Below are positions 23,553-35,002 of a stretch of 64,000 nt of DNA, piece by piece. The notes beneath the pieces were generated by a model, which was given only the letters and a program-made list of their open reading frames with translations, was not told the origin of the DNA and did not search any database. The stretch lies in the NCBI GenBank assembly GCA_964019425.1, contig OZ025780.1, positions 682,001-746,000 of the forward strand. The letters are read 5' to 3'. Position 1 is the first letter of the stretch; the number at the start of each line of letters is the position of its first letter. Position numbers and translations under genes: made by a program. This DNA comes from Flectonema sp. DT1601 (lineage: Eukaryota).

Positions 23553-24500
23553 ATGACAAGATTCTCTCTCGTAGTTTTACTAACCATGCTGGTGTCTGTC
23601 AGCGCTGATGTACGTGACTGGACTGTGAACCAGAATGTGACTCGTGGAGTAAGTATTTCTTATACTTTGAATGTAGCATACCTGATCTCTGTGAATAGTG
23701 CGAAGCTGTACGTTAATTACGCGAATTCAACGAACTGTACTAAGAACTTCAACTTGCAAGGATCTCTAATGCAGCGATCATGCTCTGGCAAGTCTTGCAC
23801 TTTCTATTCCGACACTCTCTCAACTAGCCAGCAGCTGTTGACCTTTACCAATGCGGGAACTTGTGTTGCCAATGTTAAAACAGGCTCTGTTACTTACTCT
23901 ACGTATTCCACTTATGATTTCCCTGAGAACCACGTTAATCTCGCAGCAGGAGACAACTACTTCTACGACTACCCAAGCTCCTTACTTGTGGATTCTATTT
24001 ATGAGTTCGCTGTAACGTTGCAGTCGTCCTGTGCTGTCAATCCTGTGATTCAGATGGTTGGCAGCAGTAGTGTCGTTTCGAGAGGTTGTAGCAGTCAGTC
24101 CTGCACTGTCACGTTCAACAGTAATGATATTAGTGGAATCAACCTTAACATTGACAACCGTAACATTAACATTAGAAATATCGGTGGTTGCCTTGTCACA
24201 CTCACAAACCCTTCAATGGTTTACTCTGTTGATATTAGTAAGGTTTTAGCTGCCCTTGCTGCTTGGGCTATTGCTATGATTATTATTGGTGCACTGTGTT
24301 GTGCATTCTGTGTTGTCCTTGGAGTGTGCTTTCGTAGAAGAAGGACGACAACCTCCGCTGTTATTGTAAGCAGTCCTCAGTACCCTATCGTACAAGCTGC
24401 GCAGCCGACCTACGATGGGCAAGCGCAGTATGCCCAGCAACAGCAGCAGTACGCCCAGCCGCAGTACGCTCAGCAGTATGATCAGAAGGCTGCTTATTAG
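23553..24500 (+). CDS. Type I membrane protein, tandem paralog 2
   Basis: Same architecture as 21834-22718; tail expanded with QYAQ repeats. Confidence 0.85.
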   Translation: MTRFSLVVLLTMLVSVSADVRDWTVNQNVTRGVSISYTLNVAYLISVNSAKLYVNYANSTNCTKNFNLQGSLMQRSCSGKSCTFYSDTLSTSQQLLTFTNAGTCVANVKTGSVTYSTYSTYDFPENHVNLAAGDNYFYDYPSSLLVDSIYEFAVTLQSSCAVNPVIQMVGSSSVVSRGCSSQSCTVTFNSNDISGINLNIDNRNINIRNIGGCLVTLTNPSMVYSVDISKVLAALAAWAIAMIIIGALCCAFCVVLGVCFRRRRTTTSAVIVSSPQYPIVQAAQPTYDGQAQYAQQQQQYAQPQYAQQYDQKAAY

Positions 24501-24933
24501 TTTTATTTTTTTTCCACACAAAAAAATTAAGCAGCTTCGATGGGTTGTTTATTACTGAGATAAAGGATCCTATCAATTCGCACGCTGATCATTCGCTACT
24601 GAACGAGGTTATCTCCCTTCCCCCGAAGAATCAAGTTTACCTCCCCGAAAAAAAAAAAAAAAAAAACATCTGTGTTGTTGTTGTGTTTTTTTTTCTTTTA
24701 AAATTCGAATCAGTTCAGAAATCGAAAATCCGTTCAGATTGAGTCTTATGTTTCGTTGAAAGCAGACAGACTCGCCCTGTCTCACAGAAGATGCAAGTTG
24801 CAGCCAGAAACACCGGTTTTTCGATTTATGTCGGTAGAAAAAAAAAGAAAAAAAATAAAAATACATACATACATGCATACAGACCTCTTTTCTTGTTATT
24901 TCGATTTATTGAATTTCACACCCCTTGATTCTT

Positions 24934-24963
24934 CCCAGATAAATCTTTTCGTATCGTATCAAA
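24934..24963. repeat. Short dispersed repeat shared with 55305-55334
   Basis: CCCAGATAAATC(T/A)TTTCGTATCGTATCAAA, 29/30 identical. Confidence 0.65.
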
Positions 24964-25314
24964 TTTCCCCAACAAGGTTTACTCTTTTATTTTTGGTTTT
25001 TTCTCAATTTAAAATTCTTTTTAGAAAAAAAAAAAAAAAAAAACTACTACAAATAGCAAAAAAAAGGAAAAATAAAAAATCGCTCAATAATGACGTGCAG
25101 TTGCATGTCCATCACAACCTTAATTACTTTTCTTCCTCTCGGTTGTTTTTTTTACTTATTCCATTTTTATTCCATTTTATTATTTTATTTTATTTTACTT
25201 TTATTTTTTTGCCAAAGTGATGTGTTATACTTGATTTTTTGTTGAGTGCTGTAATTGTATTATTTTAGTTACTTTTTTTTTTAAACAAGTCATCAGATAA
25301 TATAAAAGCAAGCA

Positions 25315-26232
25315 ATGGAACCAAAGCAGAATCCTTGTGTTAAGGCTGTTCCTTCCAGTGATGTCTTTTCGAAGGATCTCATGGTAGGAAAAGTCGTGTT
25401 AATCACCGGAGGAGGAAGTGGCATAGGACTCGGTATCGCAAAGACGTTTGCGAGGCATGGGGCTAAAATTGCTATCTGTGGAAGAACCGAAAGCAAGTTA
25501 CAAAAAGCTGTCGAGGAGATCAAAGCTGCAGGGGCTATTGACACCTTTTATACTACAGTTGATGTGAGAGACATTGAATTGTGCGACAGAGCAACTGCAT
25601 TAATTGCTAAGAAATGGGGGTGCATTGACGTCTTGGTTAACTGTGCTGCTGGAAACTTCTTATCTCTCGCACAGGATCTTTCATCTAAGGCTTATCAAAC
25701 AGTTATTGACATAGACTTGAGAGGAACATTCAACATGAGTAAGGCTGCACTTCCGCATCTTTCACAAGCAAGCAACGGAGCGACCGTAATAAATATCAGT
25801 GCGACATTACAGTACACGGCTACTCCATTTCAGTCTCATGCTGCTTCAGCGAAGGCAGGTATTGATGTTTTGACTCAGACACTTGGCATTGAATGGGCTG
25901 AGTTTGGCATTCGTGTCGTGGGTATTGCACCAGGTCCTGTTGCTGGTACAACAGGTGGTCCAACTGGACGTGTGTTCGGTGGGTTTATGAAGAATTCTGG
26001 TAATGACGAATCTATATTTTGTCCAGTCGGACGATACGGCCAAATCGATGATGTTGCCAATGCCGCACTCTTTCTATCATCTCCTGCTGCATCTTGGATT
26101 ACTTCTACTACTATTGTCTGCGATGGTGGCAGTTGGCATAATGCTGGGCTCTGGATGCGCAACAAAAACGCAATTCGCTCGGCTGTGCAACATGCTCACA
26201 AATCCCGCAAAGCCAATAAGGCAAAGTTATAA
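25315..26232 (+). CDS. DECR2: Peroxisomal 2,4-dienoyl-CoA reductase (SDR family) with PTS1 -AKL
   Basis: 'ITGGGSGIG', 'VNCAAGNFL', 'VIDIDLRGTFNMSK', 'NISATLQY..QSHAASAKAGID', 'IAPGP' and C-terminal AKL. Confidence 0.92.
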   Translation: MEPKQNPCVKAVPSSDVFSKDLMVGKVVLITGGGSGIGLGIAKTFARHGAKIAICGRTESKLQKAVEEIKAAGAIDTFYTTVDVRDIELCDRATALIAKKWGCIDVLVNCAAGNFLSLAQDLSSKAYQTVIDIDLRGTFNMSKAALPHLSQASNGATVINISATLQYTATPFQSHAASAKAGIDVLTQTLGIEWAEFGIRVVGIAPGPVAGTTGGPTGRVFGGFMKNSGNDESIFCPVGRYGQIDDVANAALFLSSPAASWITSTTIVCDGGSWHNAGLWMRNKNAIRSAVQHAHKSRKANKAKL

Positions 26233-26712
26233 TTCTATTGTGAACTACGTAGCTGAACGTTGTGAAGGATAATTGTTCTTTTTTCACAAGTCACCAAACT
26301 AATATTAAAAAAAAATAAATAAATAATAACAAGAATTCACTGTCATTTCCACGAACTTCACAAGCTGATTACCAGATTGAGAGTTCCTTCTTGATCGAAT
26401 TGTGTGGTGTGTGTCCTCCTCTCCTGTTGATACGGAGAAAATGGTTTGTGAATACAACTCACAAACTAAAGGGAACGAAAATTCCCTTAATTATATCTGT
26501 GTACCAGTTCTTTACCTTTAATATTACCCAACATAAACTTGTATCGTCTTGCCCATTTTTTATTTTTTTTTTCTATTCCCGTTAACTTCTAGTGTGAACG
26601 GTGTTTTGATTGGTTTGTTGTTGTCGTTTTTTTTTTTTTTTTTTTTAAATAAGTTTTATTATAGCAGTTGGGACTGAAGAGGGGGAAAAAAAAAAAAAAT
26701 AAAAAAAAAAAC

Positions 26713-27738
26713 ATGGAATCTGTTGAGGAACAGCCTGCAGTATTGCCTGACGGACTGCTTGATATTAGGCATTGTGAATCTGAGAAAAGTCATGAAAGCG
26801 ATATTTCAAATAGTGATAACGAACGATCACAATCTCCTTCATTGGAGAAAACCGAAAATAAAAATTCTGTTCAGGAAGAAGAGGTTGGCGATCCTCCTCC
26901 TCAGAGAGCTGCTACTCTAGGACCGCTAAAACTGTCTAAATCACCCGAAGATTTGAAAAAAGATTTATTCAAAAAAATGCTTCCTCTGCCGTCTGGTGAT
27001 GCTGTGGAAGCTTCGATCCGATCGCCTTCGGAAGTTGCTCCTCGGAATCTGCTACAGGTGTGTGTTCCTGTTGTTGAAGTTAGTGAGGGTGAATCTCCTG
27101 CGAAATCAGTTTTAGCAAAGATGCTTCAGAAATCCGTTCTCGGTGATTGCAGCTCCCCGACTGCAGCTGCTGCAAAGAAACTTCGAAGAAAAAAAAAAAT
27201 AAGCAACAAAGAAGACCCTCTCAGCAATCCGAATGCGAAGTGGGATTTCGATTTACGCCTTCCGACATCAATTGGATCTATGCCTTGCGGTGATCATTTT
27301 TTTGAATTTTCAAACGATAAAGGTGCCTGGATGCTTAATGTTAGTGTTTCAGAACTGCAAGTCGGACTTTACCTACACACCCAAAAACATTCCTTACTCG
27401 CAACTTGTCATTTCAAGGTTGGTAAACACGTTGCTTCTCTTGCAGAGGACGGTCGCTGTATATCTCAAAATGTAAATGATGGATGGGGAGTTCTGTTTTC
27501 AATGCAATCAGTTAAGAATGTTTTTAAAATTTTAATCACACCTATTGACCTAAGCAATCGGTTTGAAAAGAAAGAAGAAAACCTTACTGCCAATGTGTGG
27601 AGTAAGTTACTAAAAGGTCGTGCAGATCCTGATAGACCTAGCTCATCACGTATTGGATCCCGCCGTGGGTCTCGGAGTGCAAACTCAAAGAGGTCATCGT
27701 TATTGTCCACAAAATCTGGAAATCCCAACAGGCCATAA
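26713..27738 (+). CDS. Hypothetical protein: disordered N-terminus, possible degenerate MATH/TRAF-like beta domain, S/R-rich tail
   Basis: Long ORF; 'AWMLNV...VGLYLH...DGWG' resembles MATH spacing (weak). Confidence 0.65.
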   Translation: MESVEEQPAVLPDGLLDIRHCESEKSHESDISNSDNERSQSPSLEKTENKNSVQEEEVGDPPPQRAATLGPLKLSKSPEDLKKDLFKKMLPLPSGDAVEASIRSPSEVAPRNLLQVCVPVVEVSEGESPAKSVLAKMLQKSVLGDCSSPTAAAAKKLRRKKKISNKEDPLSNPNAKWDFDLRLPTSIGSMPCGDHFFEFSNDKGAWMLNVSVSELQVGLYLHTQKHSLLATCHFKVGKHVASLAEDGRCISQNVNDGWGVLFSMQSVKNVFKILITPIDLSNRFEKKEENLTANVWSKLLKGRADPDRPSSSRIGSRRGSRSANSKRSSLLSTKSGNPNRP

Positions 27739-28509
27739 GGTAATTCATAATATTTGTATTCGCTACGGAGAATCAATTGTGTCTCACGTCTCTCCTTAGG
27801 TGAGCATTAGGATCGATTTTAAACTTTTTACGAATACAAGTCAACTTTTAGATATCCCTCATTCTATGTTTCGATAACTCAACAAAATCGATGATTCATT
27901 TTGTTTTGTCACAATTCGAGTAATTTCGTATTTCATCTTACGGGGCTTTCCAGCCCCTGTAAGATTGCGAACCCCATTTGATTGTGAGTAGCTACGATTT
28001 TTTTTGATTTTTTTTTTTTTTTTTTTTAAATTCTGGTAAAATAAAATAGAAAACTCACTTTCTTCGTTACTTAGAAAATTGGTAAAAATTATCTCTTTTT
28101 CTTCTGACTCTGATCGTTGTCTCGACATACAGCGGCAGGGAAGACCCGGCGAGCTGAGGGGACGAATGGGAATAGCCAGGTTGCATTATGAGTTCTTGTG
28201 TTTTGGGGGAATGTGCACTTCTTGATCCTGCCCCCTTTTTTTTTTTTTTTTTTTTTGCCTGCACTCTTACAGATAGAGTCGTTGTTATTTATTTTGTTAG
28301 TTATTACTTTACGTCAACAATAGAAGATCCGATTAAAATATCGCAACCTTTACTGTGATTGCGTACTCTAATTTGGGTTATTTTATTATTCCAAACTGAG
28401 AGAGTTGAATTTACACTCCTACCTTGTCTTTCTTATTGTTATTATTATTGTTGTAATTACATACTCACTTTGCTTCGTATCAGTTTTCAACTCCTCCTCC
28501 TTAAGCACA

Positions 28510-29379
28510 ATGGAACCTTGTTTGAATGCTATTAAGAATGCTACGAAGGAGATATCTATTATTATGAGGGAAGGATCGAAGTGGGAGGGATTTGGTAAAA
28601 AGCATCATGAAAAAAATGAAAGTGGTGATCATCAAGAAACAGTCGACGTCGTAGCGGATGAAATGATGGCTAAAGCTTTAGATAATTGTGACGTGGTCGG
28701 GTCGTATGCGAGTGAAGAAAAAAAAGACGTGACGGAAAAAGGAAATGGGGGTCACCTATTCGTAGCATTCGATCCCCTCGACGGTTCTCAAAACATAGCT
28801 GTGAACATCACTACTGGTATGATTTTCGGTATTTGGTCACGTTCTGAAATTTCAAAGGGAGGACGAGGACTCATCGCAGCTGGATACGCAATCTTTGGAG
28901 CTGCCACCCAGCTTATAATCTGCCGTAAAGGAGTTAAGGGTGCTCAAATACTAACCCTTCACGGTGATGACTTCTACTGCATCAAACAAACACATATGAT
29001 ACCAGTTAAAGGTAAAGTATACGCTTGTAATGAAGGACTTCAATCGACTTGGATAGTCAAACGCTCACGAGACTTTGCAGAACAAAATCGAGGAAAGTCA
29101 GTCAGATGGATGGCATGCATGGTTGCTGACGCTCATCGTATCCTCATGGGTGGTGGTTCTTTTCTATTACCTGCAGATAAAAAAAACAAACGAGGAAAAC
29201 TACGTCTACTCTACGAAGCCTATCCAATGGCATTTGTTTTCGAGCAATGCGGCGGAACTGCTACCTTTGAAGACCATTCTGCCATACTCGACCATCCATT
29301 TCCGAGTGATAACCTACACATAAAAGTACCTGTTTTCTTGTCATCACCAACCGAGGCTGCTCTGTACGCAAAACTGTAG
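28510..29379 (+). CDS. FBP: Class I fructose-1,6-bisphosphatase family protein, short and divergent, with PTS1 -AKL
   Basis: 'YASEE', 'VAFDPLDGSQNI', 'AAGYAIFG', 'NEG', 'MVADAHRIL', 'GKLRLLYEAYPMAFVFEQCGG' and C-terminal AKL. Confidence 0.9.
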   Translation: MEPCLNAIKNATKEISIIMREGSKWEGFGKKHHEKNESGDHQETVDVVADEMMAKALDNCDVVGSYASEEKKDVTEKGNGGHLFVAFDPLDGSQNIAVNITTGMIFGIWSRSEISKGGRGLIAAGYAIFGAATQLIICRKGVKGAQILTLHGDDFYCIKQTHMIPVKGKVYACNEGLQSTWIVKRSRDFAEQNRGKSVRWMACMVADAHRILMGGGSFLLPADKKNKRGKLRLLYEAYPMAFVFEQCGGTATFEDHSAILDHPFPSDNLHIKVPVFLSSPTEAALYAKL

Positions 29380-30008
29380 ATGGGTGATTGTTAATTGTAT
29401 CCACTATTAAAATGGGGGGGAAAAAACAGAAAGAAATGAAAAAAAAGGCGTTCACCTTACGTGAAATGCTTAAATACTGTTTCCTCTTACTCGTGCGTTT
29501 ATAAAAAAAATAAAACAACAACAAGTATTCGACTCATATAGGAGAGTTGTTCGATAAGGTAAGGAAAAGGTTTAGTTTTAACACATTTGACACGCAGATT
29601 TTAATGTGAGTCACAATACATTTTCCATTTATCTGGAAAAAAAAACTTGGTCCACCGGGTTGGTGACAATGTTCCAACGCAGCATGCTAGGGCTAAGACA
29701 AGATATGCTCCTGACGCGGGTGTAGTAGTATTTTGGAGCGCAACGTTTTCGGACTACCCACGGAACACCCGTCAGGAGGCAACTTGTACTCGGCTTACAA
29801 TTTTAAAGATTACCAGTTTTCTCAGATAGAACACTGGCAGACAAAGAAAAGTAAAATAACTGTACTAGCATGTGGTTTCTTCCCGGTATGAAAAAAAAAA
29901 AAAAAAAAAAAAAAACTATTGTTATTTATACCCTTCTTTGGTTTTAAAGGTGTTTTATATATTTTTTAAAATCACTTAATTATTCTTAACAGCGGCATTT
30001 TGGTTTAG

Positions 30009-33000
30009 ATGCAGCCGCAGCAGCAGCCTCTGGTAAGTTATGGAAGCGTTACGAACGAAGTAAATCAAGAATGGAATGATCAACAAGATGCATCTCAGCA
30101 GAGTAATTATAACCAAACTGTACCACAACAACAGTCGTCATATCAGCAGCCGTCTCAGCAGCAGGCGGCCTCGTTTCAGAGACAAAATTCAGCGCCTCAG
30201 CAACAGCAGCAGTTCCAATCTCACTTACAGAGTGATTCATTTCCCAGGCAGAGTTCAGCACCACACTCTGGGGGGTATTCTGTTCAAAGTAATGAAGCTT
30301 TTTATGGGCAACCGCAATACAACTCACTTTCGGGTCAGAGGTCTGTACAACCTCAGCAGTTTGTGCAGCAACAGCAACCACAACAGCAACCTCTGCAGCA
30401 ACAGCAGCAACTTCTGCAGCGGCAGCAGCAACAGCAACCACAGCAGCAGCAACGACAGCCGCTACAGCAGCAGCAACCTCTGCAGCAACAGCAACCACAG
30501 CAGCAGCAACGACAGCCGCTGCAGCAGCAACCTCTACAGCAACAGCAACCACAGCCGCAACAACAGCAGCAGCAACTGTCACAGCGGCAACCTCTACAAC
30601 AACAGCAGCAGCAGCAACGACAGCCGCTACAGCAGCAGCAACCTCTGCAGCAACAGCAACCACAGCAGCAGCAACGACAGCCGCTACAGCAGCAGCAACC
30701 TCTGCAGCAACAGCAACCACAGCAGCAGCAACGACAGCCGCTGCAGCAGCAACCTCTGCAGCAACAGCAACCACAGCCGCAACAACAGCAGCAGCAACTG
30801 TCACAGCGGCAACCTCTACAACAACAGCAGCAGCAGCAACGACAGCCGCTGCAGCGACAACCGTCACAGCAGCAACCGTCACAGCAGCAACCTCTACAAC
30901 AGCAGCAACTGCAACAACAGCAACAGCAACCTCCACAGCAGCAGCAACCGCAACAACAGCAACCGCCACAGCAGCAACCTCTACAGCAGCAGCAACCGCA
31001 ACAACAGCAACAGCAACCGCCACAGCAGCAGCAACCGCAACAACAGCAATCGCCACAGCAGCAACCACAGGCGCTTCAGCAACAACCTCTACAGCAGCAG
31101 CAACCGCAACAACAGCAACAGCAACCGCCACAGCAGCAACCTCCACAGCAGCAGCAACCGCAACAACAGCAACCGCCACAGCAGCAACCACAGCCGCTTC
31201 AGCAGCAACCTCTACAGCAGCAGCAACCGCAACAACTGCAGCAACGACATCCGCCGCAGGAACAGCAACCACAACAGCAACCGCAACAGCAGCAACCTCT
31301 GCAGCAACAGCAATCACAGCCGCTGCAGCAACAGCGGCAGCAGCAGCCGCAGTATGGATCTCAGTCGCTACAACATCAGCATCAATATGACTCTTTTCAA
31401 AGGCAACTCCCTGCATCCCAACAGGCGAATCCTGTTCATCAGCAACTGCAACGAAATGACTCCATTTCGACGCAGGCATCTCAACAGAGTCTTCAGAGTA
31501 CATATGGATATGAACAAAGTGGTTCTTTCTCTGACTCAATTACACGACAGCAGAGTGACTCCCAAGGCCAACCACCTCAGCCGACTACTCGGCCACAGCA
31601 TTGTGTCCAGCCACGCGTCATTACAACGCAAGTTGCCCTGCAGCAAGGTGCTCAGCAACAGGCATTGCAGCTAGGCATCCAGCAACAGGGAGCTCCTCAG
31701 CACCCGCAGCAAGGCATCCAACAGCAAGATACACTGCGGGGAGCGCCTCAGCACCTTCGAGGTATCCAACAGCAAGGCATTCAGCAGGGCCTATCGCAAC
31801 AGCAACTCGCACTCCAGCTGCAGCAGCAGATCCCATCGCAACAAAGCCAACAACGAGCACCTCAACAGGGAGGCGCCCCGCAGCAAGGTGTCCAACAGCA
31901 GGCTGGCGCACCACAACTAGGAGGCGCACTGCAGCAACAACAGGGGACACCTCAGCACCCACAGCAAAGTGCCCAACAAGGAGCGCCACAGCGAGGTATC
32001 CAACAACAGAGTGACGTACCGCAACAGCAAGCAACATCGCAGCAAGGCATCCAACAACAAGATAGAGACGTACCACAGCAGGTCTTATCACAGCAAAGTC
32101 AACAACGAGGAGCACCTCAGCATCCACAGCAAGGTATCCAGCAGGCTGGAGCACAACAACAACAAGGAGCGCCTCAACACCCACAGCACAGTATCGAACA
32201 ATGTGGACTTCCTCAACAGGGGGGCGCCTCACAGCAAGGTATCCGGCAACAGAGAGTACCTCGACACCTAGAAGATATCCAACAGCAAGGTGGTGCACTG
32301 CAACAGCAAATCGCACCTCAAGACCAGTCGTGGTATGGCGCAGGCCAGCAATCGAGACAAGTGAATTTACCTCAGCAATCAGTTCCCCAGACTCGAATAA
32401 GTGAAACTAGTCAGTTTTCAAGAATGCCAATGAATTATCAACAACAGCAGCCACGCAGTCAACCGAATCAGAGTGTGCCTTTCCAAAATCAGTTCACAGC
32501 TACTCAACAAGCACACCAATATCAAACAGTTGGATATCAACCTGCTCAGTCTAATCAACAAGTGGCTTCCGTCAGCCAGCAAATTCCTCCTCCTCCTCCT
32601 CCTCCGCCTCCTCCACCCCCTCCAGTCAGTGAGTTACAGGCTGCGAAAGTTTTGCAAACACCTTTTCAGAATTCTGTTCAGCAGACTGAAATAGTTAGAG
32701 ACCAATCTGTTCAGTCATTTGATCACTTGTCTCAACACTCGCAACTGAATTCATTGGGTAGACAGTCAAGTCAGTTATTTGATGGTCAACCACCTAATCA
32801 AAACCAGCAGTCTGGTTTTTATAATCACCAGCAACGGGATCCTGTTCAGTTTCAGCAGACACAATCTGTTCCTGAACTTGATCAGCCATTTGGTAGCCAG
32901 CAGCAGATTAGACCCAACTCTCAGCAGCAGTCTGTTTCGCAGCTTAGTATGTCAGTTGCTCAGCCGCCAACCGTTCGTAGTCAGCAGCAACCGCAACAGC

Positions 33001-34130
33001 AACAACAACCTCCTTGGAATCCTCCTGACTCCCAGTTAAACCAGCCTAATCAACTACAACAGCAACCTGTTCCAATTCGAGAACCATTTCAATCTGGTGA
33101 AAACTTTTATGCCCAACAAAATCAGAGTCCGTTACAGATGATGCCTGAGTCCCAGCTTCCTCAACAGTCTATTCAGCCATCCAGTCAATCTAGTGAGACT
33201 TATGGTAGTCATCAACAGCAGCCTCCTGTTCAAAGTGAATCTCAGGTTACTCAGGCTATTCAACAAGTTGGATCAGAGATTCAATCTGGTGATAGTCAGC
33301 AGCCACAGCTGATAACTGAATCTCAGGTTACTCAGCAGCCAATTAAGAGTCAGCAACAACATGAAGAGAATATCTCTTATCAGGTGATAGCTGACTCTCA
33401 TACTGATCATCAACAGTCTAATCAAGAAGTTGATGGAAATAGAAGACAGCTTTCCATTGCAACAATTCAGACATACCACTCACCCTCAGTCGATAGTCTC
33501 AACAGCGAATATCAACACCCGGCAATGTTACCACCAATGTTCGCAACACCTGTGAAGAAGGAAGAATTTAAAGAATATTCAGTCTCTCCAACTCCAACTG
33601 TACCTGCGGGTAGTTCTAAACCGCCACCGAATCTCGATAACATAAACGACCTTAGGGATAGAATAAGTCACTATTTTAGTGATTCAAATTACCCTTACGA
33701 TCAACATTTAATTGATAAAAGACGTAAAGATCTTAAGGAAGGAACAAACTCGTGTGTGTCTAGAGCAACGTGTAGTTATGCGAGTATTAAAAACTCTCCA
33801 TCATTGGCTGATATTCCTGATTCTAGAATTCAAGAAGCTATTGGTGGAATTTCGAATTTGATGCTTTCCGAAGACGGGAAGTGGATTGAACGTCGTAACC
33901 CACTTCCACATCATTTGCAGCAGGTTTGAATTTTTTTTTTTTTTTTTTTTTTTTTTTGTTGTTGTTCGCGGAACTGTTTTTGTAACTATGAAACCACCAC
34001 ACAGGCTGCTATTTTAACCTCCCGAAAACCGAAAGCAAAAACCAAAGAAATTCGTGAAGGGATGAGGACCTACATAAATGAGTTGCAGGAAGCTCTCAGT
34101 CACTTTCCCAGATCTGTAGGCTCATCATAG
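30009..34130 (+). CDS. Very Gln-rich protein with a C-terminal La motif (La-related RNA-binding protein); exons 30009-33923 and 34005-34130
   Basis: 'LRDRISHYFSDSNYPYDQHL...IQEAI...LMLSEDGKWIERRNPLP' follows the La-HTH consensus; GTTTGA..CACAG intron 33924-34004 extends the frame by 41 aa. Confidence 0.75.
30360..31350 (+). repeat. Coding CAG/CAA higher-order tandem repeat (QQQQP/QPL/QRQP units)
   Basis: Directly visible; repeated blocks such as CAGCAGCAACCTCTGCAGCAACAGCAACCACAGCAGCAGCAACGACAGCCGCT. Confidence 0.9.
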
Positions 34131-34375
34131 CCTTGCTGTGAAGACAAAGCGTTCGTTTTATTTATTCAAAGTCGAAGAGAGCCTAACACTGGCTTCCTCG
34201 ACCTCGACTTCTCAGCCACCATTCAGGTAGCACGTTCTTTTTTTTAAGTACAGACAAATAGTGTGGGGGGGAGTATTTGTTGTAGCTGACGTTATTATAT
34301 GTGGGAAAAACTGGTGTTTTTAAAAAAAAAAAAAAAAAAAACAACTTTACTACTTTCAGAACAAGACATAACACT

Positions 34376-34744
34376 ATGCCGCTAGGATCGATTTTTAGGA
34401 GACTGACAGCTGCAATTGTAGCAGCATTGCACTTACTTGAATCAGTCTTAATGTGTTACTACCCAACAGTGTACGCCGCTAGATTAGAACACGACGGGCA
34501 TGTCTTGTTACGGTTACTCGGATTGTTACATTTTGGTTGCTTCGTAACATGTCTTCTGGTCCTTGTTAATAAATGTAAGGGTTGGCCTTTAATAGTCAGT
34601 TGGTACTTCAATGTATGTAGCTGGGCTGTGTACGCTTTCGATGTCTATATTGACGAAAATTCTGGGTACACGAGATCTTCATTCGGTTTTATGATGTTAA
34701 TACATGCAGTTGCGACACTCTGGATTACAGCTATTTATGTTTAA
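34376..34744 (+). CDS. Small multi-pass membrane protein (~4 TM), unknown function
   Basis: ATG follows a TTTCAG acceptor; four hydrophobic segments in 122 aa. Confidence 0.6.
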   Translation: MPLGSIFRRLTAAIVAALHLLESVLMCYYPTVYAARLEHDGHVLLRLLGLLHFGCFVTCLLVLVNKCKGWPLIVSWYFNVCSWAVYAFDVYIDENSGYTRSSFGFMMLIHAVATLWITAIYV

Positions 34745-35002
34745 GGATGATGATTTTTTTTTTTTTCCTTTTTTTTTTGGAGTGAGAAAGGGAACAAAAA
34801 AAAAAAAAAAAAAAAAAAATCTTAAGAGAAAAAATTTTATTTACATTCTTCAGAATTATGTTATAAAAAAAAATGCCGTGTGTGATTGATTGTTAAATCT
34901 TTTTTTAAAAGTTGTTTTCTTTTTTGTATTATACCGTGAAGAAAAAAATTAAATCATAATTTCTCATAGAATGGGAGGGGGCAGGGGGATAGAGGGGGTA
35001 CC

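Noticed and set aside
30049..32316. Long alternative-frame ORFs (496-aa Ala/Val antisense, 532-aa Ser/Asn, 231-aa antisense)
   Set aside because: Shadows of the CAG/CAA repeat, which lacks stops in other frames; only the Gln frame continues into a recognisable domain
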